From Malacoraja senta (lineage: Eukaryota), in contig JAXLNO010001541.1 of assembly GCA_038087875.1 (NCBI GenBank), forward strand, positions 1-64,000: DNA of 64,000 nt, written 5' to 3'. A program made the position numbers and the translations under genes. Positions 61,113 through 64,000 of the stretch are shown piece by piece. How positions within the stretch are numbered: position 1 is the first letter of the stretch; each line of letters opens with the position of its first letter. A model generated the notes under the pieces. The model saw nothing but the letters and a program-made list of their open reading frames with translations. It did not search any database and had not been told where the DNA came from.

Positions 61113-61870
61113 CAGGGTGGCATGGTGGCGCAGCGGTAGAATTGCTGCCTCCAATGCCAGAGACATGGGTTTGATCCCAACTATGGGTGGTGCCTGTATG
61201 GAGTTTGTACGTGACCGCGTGGGTTTTCTCCAGGTGCTCAGGTTTCCTCCCACACTCGAAAAACGTACATGTTCTCTGTATGGCGGGACTGTCATATGCT
61301 GAGAGAATAGAGCGGCTGGGCTTGTATACTCTGGAATTTAGAAGGATGAGAGGGTATCTGATCGAAACATAAGATTATTAAGGGTTTGGAAACGTTAGAG
61401 GCAGGAAACATGTTCCCGATGTTCGGGGAGTCCAGAACCAGGGGCCACAGTTTAAGAATTAGGGGTAAGCCATTTTGAACAGAGATGAAACCACTTTTTC
61501 ACACAGAGAGTTGTGAGTCTGTGGAATTCTCTCCCTCAGAGGGCTGCGGAGGCTGATTATCTGGATACTTTCAAGAGAGAGCTAGATAGGGCTCTTAAAG
61601 ATAGCAGAGTCAGAGGATATGGGGAGAAGGCGGGATCGGGGTACTGATTGGGGATGATCAGCCACGATCACATTGAATGGCGGTGCTGGCTCGAAGGGCC
61701 GAATGGCCTACTCCTGCACCTATTGTCTATTGTCTATTGTTTGTAGGCTAATTGTTTTGGTTTAATTGTAAATTGTCCTTAGTATGTGCTGGGTAGTGTT
61801 AGTGTTCGGGGATCGCTGGTCGGCCCGGACATGATGGGCCGAAGGGCACTGTATCTCTAAACTAAACTGA
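61113..61870 (+). mobile_element. HE1-type SINE split by a CR1 3' fragment (~61275-61740)
   Basis: tRNA-like head at 61113, CR1 body with a (ctattgt)n tail, then the SINE 3' half ending ctgtatctctaaactaaactgaact. Confidence 0.75.
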
Positions 61871-62344
61871 ACTAGAGCTTTCAGTGAGTTTAAATTGGTT
61901 AGTTAATCAACAGGAACCACTGAATACTGAGACTCTACAGAAAGTGGAACTCAGTCTTTGGACCAGCCTGGTCCTGCGCTGTCTGTTCCATCTCCCCTTC
62001 TGCTTAAATGATCTGCTGGACTTTGCCTCAAGCTCCCTGCTCCTCCAGTCCTGACAGTCTGTATCTCAGCTTGTGAAAGCTGCAAATCCCTCTCCCTCGA
62101 CTCTGTCTAAGCAGCTCACGCTGTGGGAACAAGTGTGGTTTTGGGCGAGGCTGTCGTGGTGACTTGGGATTTTAATGATGTGGTTAATCAGCTGAGTTTA
62201 ATATTCTTTTGCTCCCTCACACTCTCTGACCATCTGTAAGTCCACCCAATATCCATTAGATATCAACTGGAGTTCAGAAAAATCCAAAGGAATCTGAGAG
62301 AAACTATTAAATTCTTAACCGGATTGATGAAGGGGAGCTAGTGT

Positions 62345-63540
62345 GTCTAGACTTTCAGAAAGCCTTTGATAAGGTCCCGCACGGGAGACTGGTGACTAAA
62401 ATTATAGCACATGGTATTGGGTAGGGTGTTGACGTGGATAGAAAATTGGTTGGCAGACAGGAAGCAAAGAGTAGGAGTGAACAGGTCCTTTTCAGAATGG
62501 CAGGCAGTGGCGAGTGGAGTGCCGCAAGGCTCGGTGTTGGGGCCGCAACTGTTTACATTATTTGTTAATGATTTGGAAGAGGGAATTAGGAGCAATACTA
62601 GCAAGTTTGCAGATGACACAAAGCTGGGTGGCAGTGTGAACTGTGAAGAGGATGCTAGGAGGTTGCAAGGTGTCCGGGACAGGTTGAGTGAGTGGGCAGA
62701 TGCGTGGCAGATGCAGTATAATATAGATAAATGTGAGGTTATCCACTTTGGTGGCAAAAACAAGGGGGCAGATTATTATCTCAATGGGGTTAGGTTAGGT
62801 TAGGTAAGGGGGAAGTACAGCGAGACCTGGGTGTCCTTGTACACCGGTCACTGAAAGTTAGCGTGCAGATACAGCAGGCAGTGAAGAAAGCTAATGGAAT
62901 GTTGGCCTTCATAACAAGAGGATTTCAGTATAGGAGTAGAGAGGTTCTTCTGTAGTTGTATAGGGCTCTGGTAAGACCACATCTGGAGTACTGCGTACAG
63001 TTTTGGTCTCCTAATGTGTGGAAGGACATCCTTGTCATTGAAGCAGTGCATCATAGGTTCACGAGATTGATCCCTGGGATGGCGGGACTGTCATATGAGG
63101 AAAGATTGAAAAGACTAGGCTTGTATTCACTGGAGTTTAGAAGGATGAAGGGCAATCTTATGGAAACATATAAAATTATAAAAGGACTGGACAACCTAGA
63201 TGCAGGAAAAATGTTCCCAATGTTGGGCGAGTCCAGAACCAGGGGGTCAGTCTTAGAATACAGGGGAGGCCATTTAAGACTGAGGTGAGAACAAACTTTT
63301 TCATCCAGAGAGTTGTGAACTTGTGGAATTCCCTGCCACAGAGGGCAGTGGAGGTCAAATCACTGGATGGATTTAAGAGAGAGTTAGATAGAGCTCTAGG
63401 GGCTAGTGGAATCAAGGGCTATGGGGAGAAGGCAGGCACGGGTTATTGATTGGAGACGATCAGCCATGATCACAATGAATGGCGGTGCGGGCTCGAAGGG
63501 CTGAATGGCCTCCTCCTGCACCTATTTTCTATGTTTATAT
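62345..63540 (+). mobile_element. CR1 LINE RT to 3' end
   Basis: GVPQGSVLGPQLF, FADDTKL, LVRPHLEYCVQFWSP; ctatgttt tail. Confidence 0.9.
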
Positions 63541-63939
63541 GAACAGGTGAGGCAGAGGCAGAATGTTTCAGATATTGGAGAATCCAGGCCAGGAGATGAC
63601 AGTCTGAGGTGAAGGTGTGTATGTGTGAGAGGGGGAGAAATGTCTTCACCCAGACAGTGGTGAACCTGGGCATTCTCTGCCACAGACAGCACTGAAGCCC
63701 AATTATTAGATATATGCAAGAATGAGTTGGATCTAGTTCTTAGGGTAAAGGGATCAAGGAATATGGCAAGAATGCAGGAAGTGAGTACTGAATATGGATG
63801 ATCACCCGTGCTCATATTGAATGTCTGTGCAGGATTGAAGGGCTGAATGGCCTGCTCCTGCAATTATTTTCTATGCTGGATGTGATAAATCTGTCCATTT
63901 GCTCAGATCAGACTCGCACCAACCTCTGTCCACACGTAC

Positions 63940-64000
63940 CTGTCGGCTTCTCCAAGGATCTGCTCTCCGGTGTTGGCAAACTCTTGTCCTCCACCACACA
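63940..64000 (-). CDS. IgW: 3' end of a CH5-like exon that runs off the window, canonical Cys retained
   Basis: TGT GTG GTG GAG GAC AAG...CCG ACA G|GTACGT gives CVVEDKSLPTPESRSLEKPT. Confidence 0.85.

Overview
Cartilaginous-fish genomic DNA, probably a skate or ray (inferred from the repeat content and Ig exon type). It contains a constant-region-only stretch of an immunoglobulin heavy-chain locus on the minus strand. The locus is most likely IgW; IgNAR is less likely. Domain numbers below assume the six-domain IgW long form, whose CH3-CH6 correspond to IgNAR C2-C5. In transcription order (high to low coordinates) the exons are: the 3' end of a CH5-like exon (63940-64000); a CH6-like exon with secretory tailpiece (60534-60919) and polyA signal; two intact CH3-like/CH4-like exon pairs (52651-55753); a transmembrane exon (47701-47831); and a 5'-truncated duplicate of that TM exon inside a 6.67-kb tandem duplication. 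After an assembly gap come further duplicated C-region blocks, ending in a near-identical 7.19-kb tandem array that carries truncated CH3-like, intact CH4-like and Cys-mutated CH5-like exons. No V, D, J, CH1 or CH2 segment was recognised in the 64 kb. Introns are packed with CR1, L2/Crack-like and Rex1/Babar-like LINEs, HE1-type SINEs, Harbinger-like MITEs and Penelope-derived ends. The Penelope ends carry minimal hammerhead-ribozyme cores and form long palindromes. The most notable observation is the set of intact C exons between a terminal secretory exon that lacks an internal splice donor and the TM exon, which suggests membrane-form-specific or third-isoform domains. All alignments, translations and counts were done by eye.
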